This document shows positions 38,926-49,513 of a stretch of DNA of 64,000 nt, in pieces. A program made the translations under genes and the position numbers. Position 1 is the first letter of the stretch, and the number at the start of each line of letters is the position of its first letter. The stretch is from a virus. The notes beneath the pieces were generated by a model. It saw only the letters and a program-made list of their open reading frames with translations. It did not search any database and was not told the origin of the DNA. The stretch is from the IMG/VR virus record IMGVR_UViG_3300025012_000956, positions 10,538-74,537 of that record; one strand, 5' to 3'.

Positions 38926-39738
38926 AAGTATCAGTTATACATAATTTATTTAGAAGAAATCCTTATGTAAATGATAGTGTGATATTAAATTTAATAGCAC
39001 TCAGAAACGCACATGTAGAATTTGAATATATTTTATTTAACGACCATGGTGATATTGAAATAAAAGAAGATGTTAAGGAATATACTGATCTTCCTAACAT
39101 TAAATATATCTATTCTAATATTAATTATGGAAATCGGATGTGTAGTGGTGGTTGGGTAGGTGCACTTACATACATAACAGGAGATTTAATTCATAATATT
39201 GGTCAAGATGATGTATTCTCTAGTTTATTTTATGAGATATTTAGAAGCAGAACCTGATCTATATTTTATAAGTCAAAATGCTTATAAAGTATCAGAAACA
39301 TATGATACATTCGGTCTTATGTTGGATGAGAATATATATTTTGATTATAGATTTCCACGTGGTGCACTTATTCAATGGCTGGGCATATATCCTCCTCATT
39401 TTAAAGTTCAAAGGTTATCAAATTATTTCTTAGCACCAGGTACAATGTATAAAAGAAAATTACATGATTTAATAGGACCACCAGATATAGAAACATTCCT
39501 CGCGGCAGCAGATCTAGAATATTGGTTGAGAATTTTATATAATAATTATAAAGGGCATTATATTTCAACACCTACTTGGTTTTATCGAATGTCAAATTAT
39601 TCTACTCATAATGAGATAATCGATGGAGTAGTAAACGATGGAGGATTTGAAAACCCTGGACACGAACAGGCTGCGGGAAATAGAGTACAGGATAAATATA
39701 CAAAACTAGTTGAAGAAAATAAGGAGAAATTTATATGA
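38922..39738 (+). pseudogene. GT2 glycosyltransferase, tandem paralogue of 38074-38925, frameshifted near 39235
   Basis: ORFs 38922-39257 and 39199-39738 align end to end with the upstream GT2; about 11 nt are missing relative to the paralogue. Confidence 0.75.
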
Positions 39739-39765
39739 ATTATCTTATAACAGGGTTATTATAAA

Positions 39766-40710
39766 ATGAATAATATAATATGTACGGGGGGTGTGGGATT
39801 TATAGGGTCTCATTTAGTAGAAAGGTTATTAAAAGAAACAGATGCTCCAAAAATATATATTGTCGATAATTTGGTACGGACACATTCGTTGAGGAATATT
39901 CAGTATTTACTATTTGATCCAAGAGTTGAATTCATTTATGGTGATATTTCCACAATTAAATATGAAACCTATTTTAATCCACCTGACATAGATTGGGTTT
40001 TTCATTTAGCTGCAACTCGTATCAACAGATGTAATAGTTATAATTTAGAAGGACATCAATATATTGCAACAGGTGGAGCAAGATTAATAGATTGGGTAAG
40101 TAAATACCATATCAAAATATTTTTTGCGAGTAGTGCAAGTGTGTATCAATCACCAAAAACGTTGCCTATTAAAGAAGAAGATCCTTGCAATCCACACACA
40201 ATATATGGGGCTGGAAAATTATATACTGAAAATTTATTGAGAAGTTATCATATATTATATGGCCTAGAGTATGTAATAAATCGATTTTTTAGCGTATATG
40301 GTGAACGAATTGATTCCGAAGGAAGTTATACTGAAATAATATTTAATTTTTTTAATCAAATAAAAAAAGGAAAAACTGACATAACTTTATATGGAAATCC
40401 AGATGAAAAGATTTTAGATTTAATTTATGTAGATGACGTCGTCAATGCTATTTTATTGACTATGAAAAAATCAAAAAATGATGCATTTAATGTTTCTACT
40501 CAGACTGGGATAACACTCACAGAGTTAGTAAGCTTAATAGAAAGTATAACTAACACTAGATTGAATAAAATAATATTACCAGAGAAAAGAACAGATATAG
40601 AGTTAAAACGAATAGGTGATGTTTATAAATTAAAAAATTTAGGTTGGCAATTAAATACTACAATAGAATCTGGATTAACTAAAACGTGGAATTGGATAAA
40701 AAATTTATGA
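39766..40710 (+). CDS. NAD-dependent NDP-sugar epimerase/dehydratase (extended SDR)
   Basis: TGGVGFIGSH, FHLAA, ASSASVY, YGAGK and DLIYVDD. Confidence 0.9.
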   Translation: MNNIICTGGVGFIGSHLVERLLKETDAPKIYIVDNLVRTHSLRNIQYLLFDPRVEFIYGDISTIKYETYFNPPDIDWVFHLAATRINRCNSYNLEGHQYIATGGARLIDWVSKYHIKIFFASSASVYQSPKTLPIKEEDPCNPHTIYGAGKLYTENLLRSYHILYGLEYVINRFFSVYGERIDSEGSYTEIIFNFFNQIKKGKTDITLYGNPDEKILDLIYVDDVVNAILLTMKKSKNDAFNVSTQTGITLTELVSLIESITNTRLNKIILPEKRTDIELKRIGDVYKLKNLGWQLNTTIESGLTKTWNWIKNL

Positions 40711-41492
40711 AAAAGAAAAAATTTTTTAGGATATGTCCTAAGTGTGGAAATAAAGTTTGGCATACTCAAAAAAACCATAGAAACAGTGCTGATAAAAATA
40801 AAAAAATATGTAATAAATGTTCAACCCGAGGAGAAAAAAACGGATTTTATAATAAAAAACATTCTATAGAAACAATTGAAAAGATATCCATGAATACTAA
40901 GTTGGCTATGAAGAAACCTGAAGTTTTTGAAAAAATTAAAAAATATCACGATGATATTAAAAATAAAACTTATAAGGAAAGATATGGTAAAGAAAAATCA
41001 ATAGAAATTAGAAATAAACAAAGTAAATCAATTAAGGGAATGTTCAGTGGAGATAAACATTATCAATTTGGAAAAAAACAAAGTAGAGAAATTATTGAAA
41101 ATAGAATATTAAAAAATACTGGTAAAAAAAGAACTAAGGAGCAAATAGAAAATATAAGAAATTCATTGGTTGGAAGAACACTTTCTAGGGAACATATAAA
41201 GCGTCTTCGTTTGGCTGTCATAAAAAGAATAGAAGATAGACATGGTACCATATTTCCAAATTATAATATAGAAGCATGCAAAATCATAGAAGAATATGGT
41301 AAAGAAAATGGCTATAATTTACAGCATGCTGAAAATGGTGGAGAATACTACATCAAAGAACTTGGATATTTTTTAGATGGTTATGATAAAAATAAAAATG
41401 TTGTGATAGAATATTATGAAAGACATCACTATACGCTTGGTAATTTAAGAGAAAAAGATTTAAAAAGAAATTATTCAACAACTTGGTTGTAA
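40686..41492 (+). CDS. PD-(D/E)XK endonuclease (repeated family; likely start 40708; C-terminal tail frameshifted near 41465)
   Basis: RICPKCG, NUMOD3 repeats, [26 protein letters not shown]. The tail IIQQLGCKFIRINAFDK continues in another frame. Confidence 0.72.
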   Translation: MELDKKFMKKKKFFRICPKCGNKVWHTQKNHRNSADKNKKICNKCSTRGEKNGFYNKKHSIETIEKISMNTKLAMKKPEVFEKIKKYHDDIKNKTYKERYGKEKSIEIRNKQSKSIKGMFSGDKHYQFGKKQSREIIENRILKNTGKKRTKEQIENIRNSLVGRTLSREHIKRLRLAVIKRIEDRHGTIFPNYNIEACKIIEEYGKENGYNLQHAENGGEYYIKELGYFLDGYDKNKNVVIEYYERHHYTLGNLREKDLKRNYSTTWL

Positions 41493-41545
41493 GTTCATTA
41501 GAATAAATGCGTTTGATAAAAATAATTTAAAGATAGAGGTAATAC

Positions 41546-42004
41546 ATGGATAAGATTTTACCACCTTGGAATGAATTAAAAAACATAGTTGGTAAAAGAT
41601 TTAATGATTTTTGTATTATTAGAGGAGACGAATTTATTGAATGGGGTGATGATGTCTGGGTGGGTTATTTTTGTTTAATTGATGGAAGTGGTGGATTGGA
41701 AATAGGTAACCATGTATCTATTAGTTCAGGAGTTCACATATATACACATTCTAGTGTAGATTTTAGAAGACTAAATTTAAATAAAGATCCTATAAATGGT
41801 ACACACATTAAAAGAGCTCCAGTCAAAATAGGAAATTTTGTCCAAATCGGGGCAAATGCTGTTGTTCTTCCCGGGATAACAATAGGTAACAACGTGATTA
41901 TTGGAGCATTGTCATTAGTTAACAAAGATATACCAGACAACTGTGTTGCATTTGGTATACCAGCTAAAATAAAGGAAACAAATAATAGAGAAACTAAACT
42001 GTAA
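41546..42004 (+). CDS. Hexapeptide-repeat (LbH) acyltransferase
   Basis: IGNHVSIS, PVKIGNFVQIGANAVVLPGITIG and AFGIPAK. Confidence 0.9.
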   Translation: MDKILPPWNELKNIVGKRFNDFCIIRGDEFIEWGDDVWVGYFCLIDGSGGLEIGNHVSISSGVHIYTHSSVDFRRLNLNKDPINGTHIKRAPVKIGNFVQIGANAVVLPGITIGNNVIIGALSLVNKDIPDNCVAFGIPAKIKETNNRETKL

Positions 42005-42063
42005 ATTTATACGAATGAATGCATTTGATAAAAATAATATTAAAATCGAAAGGGTAAATTAGT

Positions 42064-42975
42064 ATGTTGCCTAAAGTGATTCTTTGTGGATTTGGTAGAT
42101 GGGGAAAAATTTGGTTTAACACAATAAAAAAATCAGGTTATCAATGTGTAGGAATAGTAGACCCAAAAATACTCATGACAGAGATAGAAGGAGTTACTGT
42201 TTATAATCGTAGTACTGAGGTACAAAATAGAGAATATACCCATGTTATCTTAGCAACACCACCAGAAACTCATCTTAAATTATTTCAATATTTTTCACAA
42301 AGAATAAATCCGAGAAATATTCTAGTTGAAAAACCTATGGGAATAAGCAGTTCTGAAGCAAGTAAGATGATAAATTGTTTTCCTGGATTAGTATTTCTTT
42401 ATGATCCAATTACTCACTATATTAAAAAAAATATGACTATTATAGGAGAACCACTTTTATATAAATCTACGCGAGCTAGTATGGGTCCAACAATTAGAAG
42501 TGAAATTTCTGTTGTTGAGGATTATTTAATACATGATATTAGTATTTTCATATGGTTATTTTGCAGAAAAATAAAAATTATTAATGCTTTTAAAACTAAT
42601 AAATTTGTTAATGATTCAGTAAAAAATGATACTGTGATTGTTGTAGGTGAATCAAATAACCTTATAATTGATATGTTTAGCTCGTGGATATATCCTATTA
42701 AAGAACGGTCAACTTATATTATAGGGACACGTGGTTCATTTATATGGAAAAATGATGAACTATACTTTGATGATACTCACTATAATTTTGACAATATTTC
42801 TATAGATAGATATAAGTTAATAGTTGGTATCAACAATAAAATAATAATAGATAAAAAATACAGTACTTTAGAACTTCAATTGAAACATTTCATAGAAGAT
42901 AAGAAGATTAATATGAATATTTTAGATATATGGGATACTATTGATGATATAAATATAAAATGTAATTTTTTGTAA
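42064..42975 (+). CDS. Gfo/Idh/MocA-family oxidoreductase
   Basis: GFGRWG, ATPPETH, LVEKP and LIHDI. Confidence 0.85.
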   Translation: MLPKVILCGFGRWGKIWFNTIKKSGYQCVGIVDPKILMTEIEGVTVYNRSTEVQNREYTHVILATPPETHLKLFQYFSQRINPRNILVEKPMGISSSEASKMINCFPGLVFLYDPITHYIKKNMTIIGEPLLYKSTRASMGPTIRSEISVVEDYLIHDISIFIWLFCRKIKIINAFKTNKFVNDSVKNDTVIVVGESNNLIIDMFSSWIYPIKERSTYIIGTRGSFIWKNDELYFDDTHYNFDNISIDRYKLIVGINNKIIIDKKYSTLELQLKHFIEDKKINMNILDIWDTIDDINIKCNFL

Positions 42976-43027
42976 AATACTGGTTACATTTTGAAAAATC
43001 TCTATATTTATATATAAAGGAGTTAAT

Positions 43028-43189
43028 ATGAAATATAAATCAAGACCGATTAGAATAGATGAAGAAGTTTATATTAAGTTAAGAGATTATTGTGATATAA
43101 ATTCTTATAAAATTTCTAGATGGGTTAGTAGAATTTTATTAGAGAAATTAAATGATTTACAAAAGAAAGTGTCCAAACCTAAAAAATAA
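43028..43189 (+). CDS. Small RHH-like protein (53 aa, not in ORF track)
   Basis: MKYKSRPIRIDEEVYIKLRDYCDINSYKISRWVSRILLEKL with an AGGAG RBS. Confidence 0.7.
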   Translation: MKYKSRPIRIDEEVYIKLRDYCDINSYKISRWVSRILLEKLNDLQKKVSKPKK

Positions 43190-43472
43190 TCCAAACTGTA
43201 GGGAGATTATTAGATATATAAGTGAAGGTGGATATTATTACTCGATAAAAAATAATTCTTTCTGTACTAGTTGTAGACACTTTGGAAAACCTGTAGGATT
43301 TAGTGGACACAAACACAAAAAATCTACAATAATTAAAATGAAAAAACCAAAGACACAAGAACACAAAAATAAAATAGGATTAGCATTAAAAGGTAGAAAA
43401 TTTTCTAAAGAACACATTAAGAATTTAAAAATTGGATCTGATAAAAGAATAGGAAAAAGTAGAGAAATGTGA
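43152..43472 (+). pseudogene. Truncated endonuclease (repeated family) lacking the nuclease domain
   Basis: RKCPNLKNNPNC plus NUMOD3-like repeats, then a stop; no FQHAxNGGE domain follows. Confidence 0.7.
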
Positions 43473-43558
43473 ATAAACAATATATCAAGGAATCAAGCGA
43501 GATGCCAACTTCAGAAACAAAATTAAAGAATCATGGAAAAAAAGAAAGGAAATAAACG

Positions 43559-44719
43559 ATGAAAAATCTACCTCTAGGTCGACCTTATTTAAAACCTGAG
43601 TTGATTTTAGAAGAAATAGAAAAAGTACTACAGACTCGTTGGATTTCCGGAGGACCCGCGATTTCCAGGTTCGAAACTGCACTGAAGGAATATAATGGAG
43701 ACCCGGATAGAAAATATATAGCAGTTTCAAACGGTACAACTGCGATAGAATTAGCATTATTAATGTTAAACGGTGGTTATAATTATAAACCTGACGATGA
43801 AATTATCACTCCTTCGTATTCCTGGGTTGCAACCGGATTTTCAGTTCCTAGAGTTGGTGCGAAACCTGTCTGGATAGATGTAGATATATTTGGAGTACCA
43901 ACTGCAAAAGAAATAGAAAAAAATATCTCAGATAAAACTGTAGCTATAATTGTTGTCCATCAAATGGGTATACCATGTGATATGGATGCAATAAATGATG
44001 TGGCTAATAGGTATGGGATTCCTATAATTGAAGATGCTGCATGCGCAATTGGGTCTGAATATAAAGGGAAAAAAATAGGAGCATTTACAAAAAACATAGT
44101 TACTTATTCCTTTCAAGCTAGAAAAGTATTGACTACTGGTGAAGGTGGTATGATAGTAGTAAGTGATGAAGAAGATGAAAAGTGGTTAAGATCATATAGA
44201 GCATTCGGTACAAATTCACCTCCACTTGATAGAGACAAAACAGCTAATATAAATAAAGAATATTTTGATAAACTAGGTGGTAATTATAAGTTATCAGATA
44301 TTGCTTCTGCAGTTGGATTAGCACATTTAAAATATTTAGATGAAGAAATAGAATTGAGAACAAATGCTGGTTATTATTATAATACTATAATTAAAGAAAA
44401 GAATTTAGATACACTTCTTGGTAATCAAATTCCAGAATATTGTACAAGATATAACTGGCAAAATTATCATATTATATTACCACCACATTATAATAGAGAT
44501 TTAGTGGTACAGAAATTAAAGGAAAAAGGAATTGGTTGCAAATGGGATATTCAAGCAATTAGTAGTGAACCTGTAATATCTAGTTCAAAGGTGTTACCTA
44601 TTACAGAGGAGTTTTCAAACCGGGGACTCTGGCTTCCGTTTTATGCGGAAATTACTAAAGAAGATCAAACATTTGTTATTGATAATTTAAAGGATATTTT
44701 AAATGAAACTAAATCCTAA
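43559..44719 (+). CDS. DegT/DnrJ/EryC1/StrS NDP-sugar aminotransferase
   Basis: VSNGTTAI, IEDAACAIG, SFQARKVLTTGEGG, NYKLSD and LWLP. Confidence 0.92.
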   Translation: MKNLPLGRPYLKPELILEEIEKVLQTRWISGGPAISRFETALKEYNGDPDRKYIAVSNGTTAIELALLMLNGGYNYKPDDEIITPSYSWVATGFSVPRVGAKPVWIDVDIFGVPTAKEIEKNISDKTVAIIVVHQMGIPCDMDAINDVANRYGIPIIEDAACAIGSEYKGKKIGAFTKNIVTYSFQARKVLTTGEGGMIVVSDEEDEKWLRSYRAFGTNSPPLDRDKTANINKEYFDKLGGNYKLSDIASAVGLAHLKYLDEEIELRTNAGYYYNTIIKEKNLDTLLGNQIPEYCTRYNWQNYHIILPPHYNRDLVVQKLKEKGIGCKWDIQAISSEPVISSSKVLPITEEFSNRGLWLPFYAEITKEDQTFVIDNLKDILNETKS

Positions 44720-45590
44720 GCTATGTTCTATATGTTGTAATGAATTAGATTCTTATTCTAAAGTTATTTATAAAGATAGTAGGCATAAATATGTAGTATG
44801 TGGTGCATGCGGATTTGTTTGTCAAAACCCAGGTTATAATAAAGAATATTATAAGAATTTGGGCTATGATACTCAACATAATTATATTGAACATGCTATG
44901 AACAGAGCAAAATATATTTTTAATTTTATTCAATATAATTTAATGATAACCAACTATAAACGAGATACAATTGATATATTAGATATTGGATGTGGGCGCG
45001 GCGGTGTATTATATTACTTAGGAATATCTATGAAACATTTTTATAATAATGTTCATTTAGATGCTATTACCCTACATGAAGATGATTATAATAACAAACA
45101 CCATAGTATAAATATGTCAGTGTTGGATATAGAAGATGAAATTGATGTCTTTGTTAAAACCCAACCTACTAGAAAATATGATTTAATAATCATGAGTCAT
45201 GTATTAGAACATTTACATGATCCAGGTAAGGCATTAAGACAAATAAAAGAAAAATTATTAGAACCATTTGGACAAATTTATATAGAGGTACCTAGTTTTT
45301 ACAGAGTAGAAGTTAGAGCTAAAAAGGTTTTTGTTCCTGTACATATATCATATTTTACCGAAACTTCATTAAATAATTTATTACTTCTATGTGGGTTTAA
45401 AACAATAAAAGTAAAAGATAGCAACTGGTGGGGCAACATTAAGTGTTTAGTTACAAAAATTCAAGACGATTATGTATATGATCATTTTAGAACGGAACAT
45501 CTTGTTAAGACAAAATATTATTTATATAAGATAATAAATTTATTTTATGAGTCTATTAGTAAATTCAAACATATAGAAAGTAATGACTAA
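44703..45590 (+). CDS. Class I SAM methyltransferase with N-terminal Zn ribbon
   Basis: CSIC..CGACG, LDIGCGRG, SHVLEH and IEVP. Confidence 0.88.
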   Translation: MKLNPKLCSICCNELDSYSKVIYKDSRHKYVVCGACGFVCQNPGYNKEYYKNLGYDTQHNYIEHAMNRAKYIFNFIQYNLMITNYKRDTIDILDIGCGRGGVLYYLGISMKHFYNNVHLDAITLHEDDYNNKHHSINMSVLDIEDEIDVFVKTQPTRKYDLIIMSHVLEHLHDPGKALRQIKEKLLEPFGQIYIEVPSFYRVEVRAKKVFVPVHISYFTETSLNNLLLLCGFKTIKVKDSNWWGNIKCLVTKIQDDYVYDHFRTEHLVKTKYYLYKIINLFYESISKFKHIESND

Positions 45591-46543
45591 TGAAGCGAAT
45601 GCTCTGGATAATGCAATTGAAGGACAAAACAGGTTATTACTATAGTCCGGGGATTATATGGTGGTATTCTGTGTTGGAAAATATGGGTTACGAATGTAAT
45701 TATTATTCATATGAGAAATATGACATAGAGGATTTATATAAACGTGTAAAAGAATATAAACCTGATTTTATAATAGTTTTAGCATACGATCACCTACACA
45801 CAGAATTAATTAGATTAAAGGAATTTACAAAAGTTGGAGTTTTGCAATCTGATGATAAATGGCGCTATGGAAATTTTTCAAGATTTTGGATCCCGTTTGT
45901 AGATTTTGTGTTAACATTTGAAGGTGAAGAAGCAAATTATGTTTCTGATGGATTAAAATCAGACAGTTTTTGTAAAATGAGATGGGCATTCAATCCTACT
46001 ACAATGGCATATTTAAATAGTGTTGAAGATACATTATCATATCATGTCTCACATACAGGTGGAATGCACGGAAATAGAAAAGAAATTATAAACGAATTTA
46101 GTAAAAGAGGTATTACTATACACATTGATCAAGATCCAAATTATGATGTAACAAAGGATATTTGGAATCACTCATCTTATTCACTCTGTATTACAAATAA
46201 TTCACTGAACACAGGTAAAGAATTAAAGGGTAGAGTTGTAGAAATACCAAACTGGTGTGTACTAGTAACTGAACCATTTCCTGATATGGAACAATATTAT
46301 GATATGGACAAAGAATGTGTATTGTTTAATTCTGTAGATGAGGCAGTAGATAAAATAAAATATTTAGATAATAATCAAACGGAATATAAGAAAATAAAAG
46401 AGGCTGGTAAAAGAAAATTGTGGAATTCTAATACTGTCTACCATCAATGGGATACTATTTTACATAAAATAGATCCTGATTATAAAAAAATAGATGTAAT
46501 TAAATTATTAAAAGAAAAACATGGAGAACATTATTATGAATAA
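45590..46543 (+). CDS. CgeB-like glycosyltransferase (GT-B)
   Basis: DDKWRY, ELKGRVVEIP..LVTE and E.VDKIKY. Confidence 0.7.
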   Translation: MKRMLWIMQLKDKTGYYYSPGIIWWYSVLENMGYECNYYSYEKYDIEDLYKRVKEYKPDFIIVLAYDHLHTELIRLKEFTKVGVLQSDDKWRYGNFSRFWIPFVDFVLTFEGEEANYVSDGLKSDSFCKMRWAFNPTTMAYLNSVEDTLSYHVSHTGGMHGNRKEIINEFSKRGITIHIDQDPNYDVTKDIWNHSSYSLCITNNSLNTGKELKGRVVEIPNWCVLVTEPFPDMEQYYDMDKECVLFNSVDEAVDKIKYLDNNQTEYKKIKEAGKRKLWNSNTVYHQWDTILHKIDPDYKKIDVIKLLKEKHGEHYYE

Positions 46544-46730
46544 CGATATAACACCAGATGATTTGATGAAATATTATCCAGCTGATAAATTAATAGATTT
46601 AACTAAGGATGAATTATTAATAATTGCACGTAAATTCGTTGAATTATCAAAAGAATATTTTCCTGGAACTGAAAAAGAAATAGAAGAAATTATTAATAAT
46701 GAAATAAAAAGAAAGGCTAATTTAAATTGA
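46521..46730 (+). CDS. Hypothetical protein
   Basis: Short coupled ORF. Confidence 0.45.
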   Translation: MENIIMNNDITPDDLMKYYPADKLIDLTKDELLIIARKFVELSKEYFPGTEKEIEEIINNEIKRKANLN

Positions 46731-47188
46731 TCAGAAAATTTTATTCAAAGATAGAAAAAGATAAATTGTTGCATATTGTATATGGACCTGATAAATATCC
46801 TGACTGGTCTCGTGGTAATTATATATTCAGAGAAGATATATCTCCAAATAAAATGTTTTTGCAATCTGCATTTATTTATATTCCCCAAGCAGGTCATAAA
46901 TTTAAAGCTCACATACATAAACCACTTTATAGAGCAAGTTTAATAACCCAGGAAAGTTGGATCGTGTTGAGAGGACTAATTAGAGTTACTTTTTATGATT
47001 TAGATTCTACTTATTTAGATGAAACTGTATTATATCCTACATGGATGAGCATTACGTTTTACGGTGGACATGGTTATGAATGTCTAGAAGATAACACAGA
47101 AGTCTTGGAATATAAGCTTGGTCCGTATTTTGGAGTAGAATCAGATAAAGAAAATATCAAGGAAGAAGTACGTGAACCAATTAATTGA
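46727..47188 (+). CDS. WbuC-like cupin
   Basis: HIH..QESWIVLRG..GGHGYE..LEYKLGPY. Confidence 0.7.
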   Translation: MIRKFYSKIEKDKLLHIVYGPDKYPDWSRGNYIFREDISPNKMFLQSAFIYIPQAGHKFKAHIHKPLYRASLITQESWIVLRGLIRVTFYDLDSTYLDETVLYPTWMSITFYGGHGYECLEDNTEVLEYKLGPYFGVESDKENIKEEVREPIN

Positions 47189-47894
47189 TGCATTTAATAA
47201 TAGAGAACGAGGTGGAATGATTAAGGAAACTCACTTTTTTGATATATATGATAGTGAATTAAATGCAATAAAGAATAATTTTATAAATATATTAATTCTA
47301 GGTGTTTATAACGCAGGTGATCTTTATATGTGGAAAAAATATTTTTCAAATTGTAAAAATATTATTGGGATAGATATTGATAAATATACAAAACAATTCG
47401 AAGATAGATCTAAAAATATTTTTATTGAAATTGGAGATCAATCTAATGTTAATTTTTTAAAAGAAATAAACAATAAATATGGAAAATTTGATTTAATAAT
47501 TGATGATGCCTCACATGAAAATTATCCTACAATCACATCATTAAAAACTTTATTTCTATTATTAAATGACAGTGGTATTTATGTTATTGAAGATACATTT
47601 TGTTCGTATGATAAAAATTGGGACAGTGATAGAGATAAAGATACATTTGGTAATATTACAAACATGATTCATGGTGATAATTCATATTCAGTTATGGAAT
47701 ATTTAAAATCGTTAGCAGATAAATTACATCCATATGCATATAATAGAAAATATGAGGAAGCTGATGAATTTGAAAAAAAATTATTTTCTATTCATTTTTA
47801 CGACGGAATTTGTTTCCTGTATAAATTTCCAAGAAATAAAGATATGAAATATGGTTATTCAAAATATTGGCATGCCAAGGAAAATTATGAGTAA
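47172..47894 (+). CDS. Class I SAM methyltransferase (sugar O-methyltransferase-like)
   Basis: LILGVYNAG, IGIDID, GDQS, FDLIIDDASH and GIYVIED. Confidence 0.8.
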   Translation: MNQLIDAFNNRERGGMIKETHFFDIYDSELNAIKNNFINILILGVYNAGDLYMWKKYFSNCKNIIGIDIDKYTKQFEDRSKNIFIEIGDQSNVNFLKEINNKYGKFDLIIDDASHENYPTITSLKTLFLLLNDSGIYVIEDTFCSYDKNWDSDRDKDTFGNITNMIHGDNSYSVMEYLKSLADKLHPYAYNRKYEEADEFEKKLFSIHFYDGICFLYKFPRNKDMKYGYSKYWHAKENYE

Positions 47895-48576
47895 TTATAA
47901 AAAAATAGATATAAAAGAATTAGTAGAAAAGGATATTTTATTTGAAAAAAATAATATCTCAGAAATTTTAGAAAAAATAGAAAAAATTGCAACATGGGAA
48001 GATATCAAAGTTTTTTATGAAAATGAAAAACCTGTGTTTGGAGCAACAGGTTTAAATGATCAATGGGTTTATAAAAAAGACGTAGTATCTCCTGAGATGT
48101 GGAGAGCAATATATAAATATAGTTATGAATATGGAAGCGTGATGCATTCAAATTGTGATTATCATAACGTAGATGAAAATATTCTAAGCAATGAAAACTG
48201 TAAATTATTAGATTTTGGGTCCGGACCAAATCCTACTATAGCAAATAACTACGCATGTCAATTTTATCTCGTAGAAATAAACGATACATCGGTCATTAAT
48301 CTAAAAGAAGGGTTTAAAAATCGTTCAAATATTAAAATTTTTAACTGTTTATCTGATGTTGTTAAACTGAATATAAAATTTGATGTAGCGTTTTCATCAG
48401 AGACCTTAGAACATGTTAGATATATAAATGAACACCTATATATTTTATATAATCTCTGTAAGGAAGATGGTCAATTTTATCTACAATATCCGTTTGATCA
48501 TGACTGTGGTGGTCATGTATATGGATTATATAAAGATACTATTACACGAGAAACATTTTTAACAATAGGACATTAA
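47851..48576 (+). CDS. Class I SAM methyltransferase
   Basis: LLDFGSG and FDVAFSSETLEHV. Confidence 0.75.
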   Translation: MVIQNIGMPRKIMSNYKKIDIKELVEKDILFEKNNISEILEKIEKIATWEDIKVFYENEKPVFGATGLNDQWVYKKDVVSPEMWRAIYKYSYEYGSVMHSNCDYHNVDENILSNENCKLLDFGSGPNPTIANNYACQFYLVEINDTSVINLKEGFKNRSNIKIFNCLSDVVKLNIKFDVAFSSETLEHVRYINEHLYILYNLCKEDGQFYLQYPFDHDCGGHVYGLYKDTITRETFLTIGH

Positions 48577-48580
48577 TGAG

Positions 48581-49513
48581 ATGAATAAACTAAAAATAAA
48601 TATTGTTACAGATTCTAAAATGAGCAGAACTCTAGGGTTCGAACCTGGTAAAATCCCAACTAAAATAGAATATGTTACAGGTGAATATAACTATGACGGA
48701 TTGACTATTTTTATTGATAAATGTTTCGATCCTGATCAGATAGATATTTTAGATAAAATTAAGGGTAAAATTCGCTGTGTGTGGATGCATGATCCAAGAC
48801 CAATTAATAATTTACAGGAAATTAGATACAAAAACGTAGAAAAATCATTAGACAAAGTAGATTATATTTTCACATACGATGAGTATCTTTTAGATAAGTA
48901 TCCAGAAAAATGTGTATTTGCTGCAGATAATGGTACGTGGATCCAAAATGATAATATAAAAATATATCCTAAAACAAAATTAATATCTATGATTTATTCA
49001 TGGAAAAATTGGACAGAAGGTCATAAACTTCGTCATGAAATTGCAGAACAAAATATAGAAGGATTAGATTTGTATGGTGACGGGTCAAATCATCCCATAC
49101 AATTTAAAGAAGAAGGAATCGCTCCCTACAAATTTTCAATTACTATAGAAAATTCAAGAGCCAAATATTATTATACAGAAAAACTATTAGATTGTTTGGC
49201 ATGTGGAACCGTACCCATATATTGGGGTTGTAAAAATCTTGATAATTTTTTTGATACTAAAGGAATTATTCAATTTGAAGAACCAAAGGAATTAATAAAT
49301 ATATTCTATAAGATTATGGAACCTGATTATTATGAGAGCCTAATGCCATATATTAAAAACAATTTTGACAAGGTATTAGAATATTCTATTTATGATGATT
49401 GGATGTATGAAAATGTTTATAAAAAAATATTACCAAAATATGAATTAGATAAATTAAATAAGGATTATAGAGATATGACATTACAAGAAAAATTTCCAGG
49501 AATAAAAAGATGA
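48581..49513 (+). CDS. GT10 (alpha-1,3-fucosyltransferase)-like glycosyltransferase
   Basis: YKFSITIENS..YYTEKLLDC..GTVPIYWG. Confidence 0.8.
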   Translation: MNKLKINIVTDSKMSRTLGFEPGKIPTKIEYVTGEYNYDGLTIFIDKCFDPDQIDILDKIKGKIRCVWMHDPRPINNLQEIRYKNVEKSLDKVDYIFTYDEYLLDKYPEKCVFAADNGTWIQNDNIKIYPKTKLISMIYSWKNWTEGHKLRHEIAEQNIEGLDLYGDGSNHPIQFKEEGIAPYKFSITIENSRAKYYYTEKLLDCLACGTVPIYWGCKNLDNFFDTKGIIQFEEPKELINIFYKIMEPDYYESLMPYIKNNFDKVLEYSIYDDWMYENVYKKILPKYELDKLNKDYRDMTLQEKFPGIKR

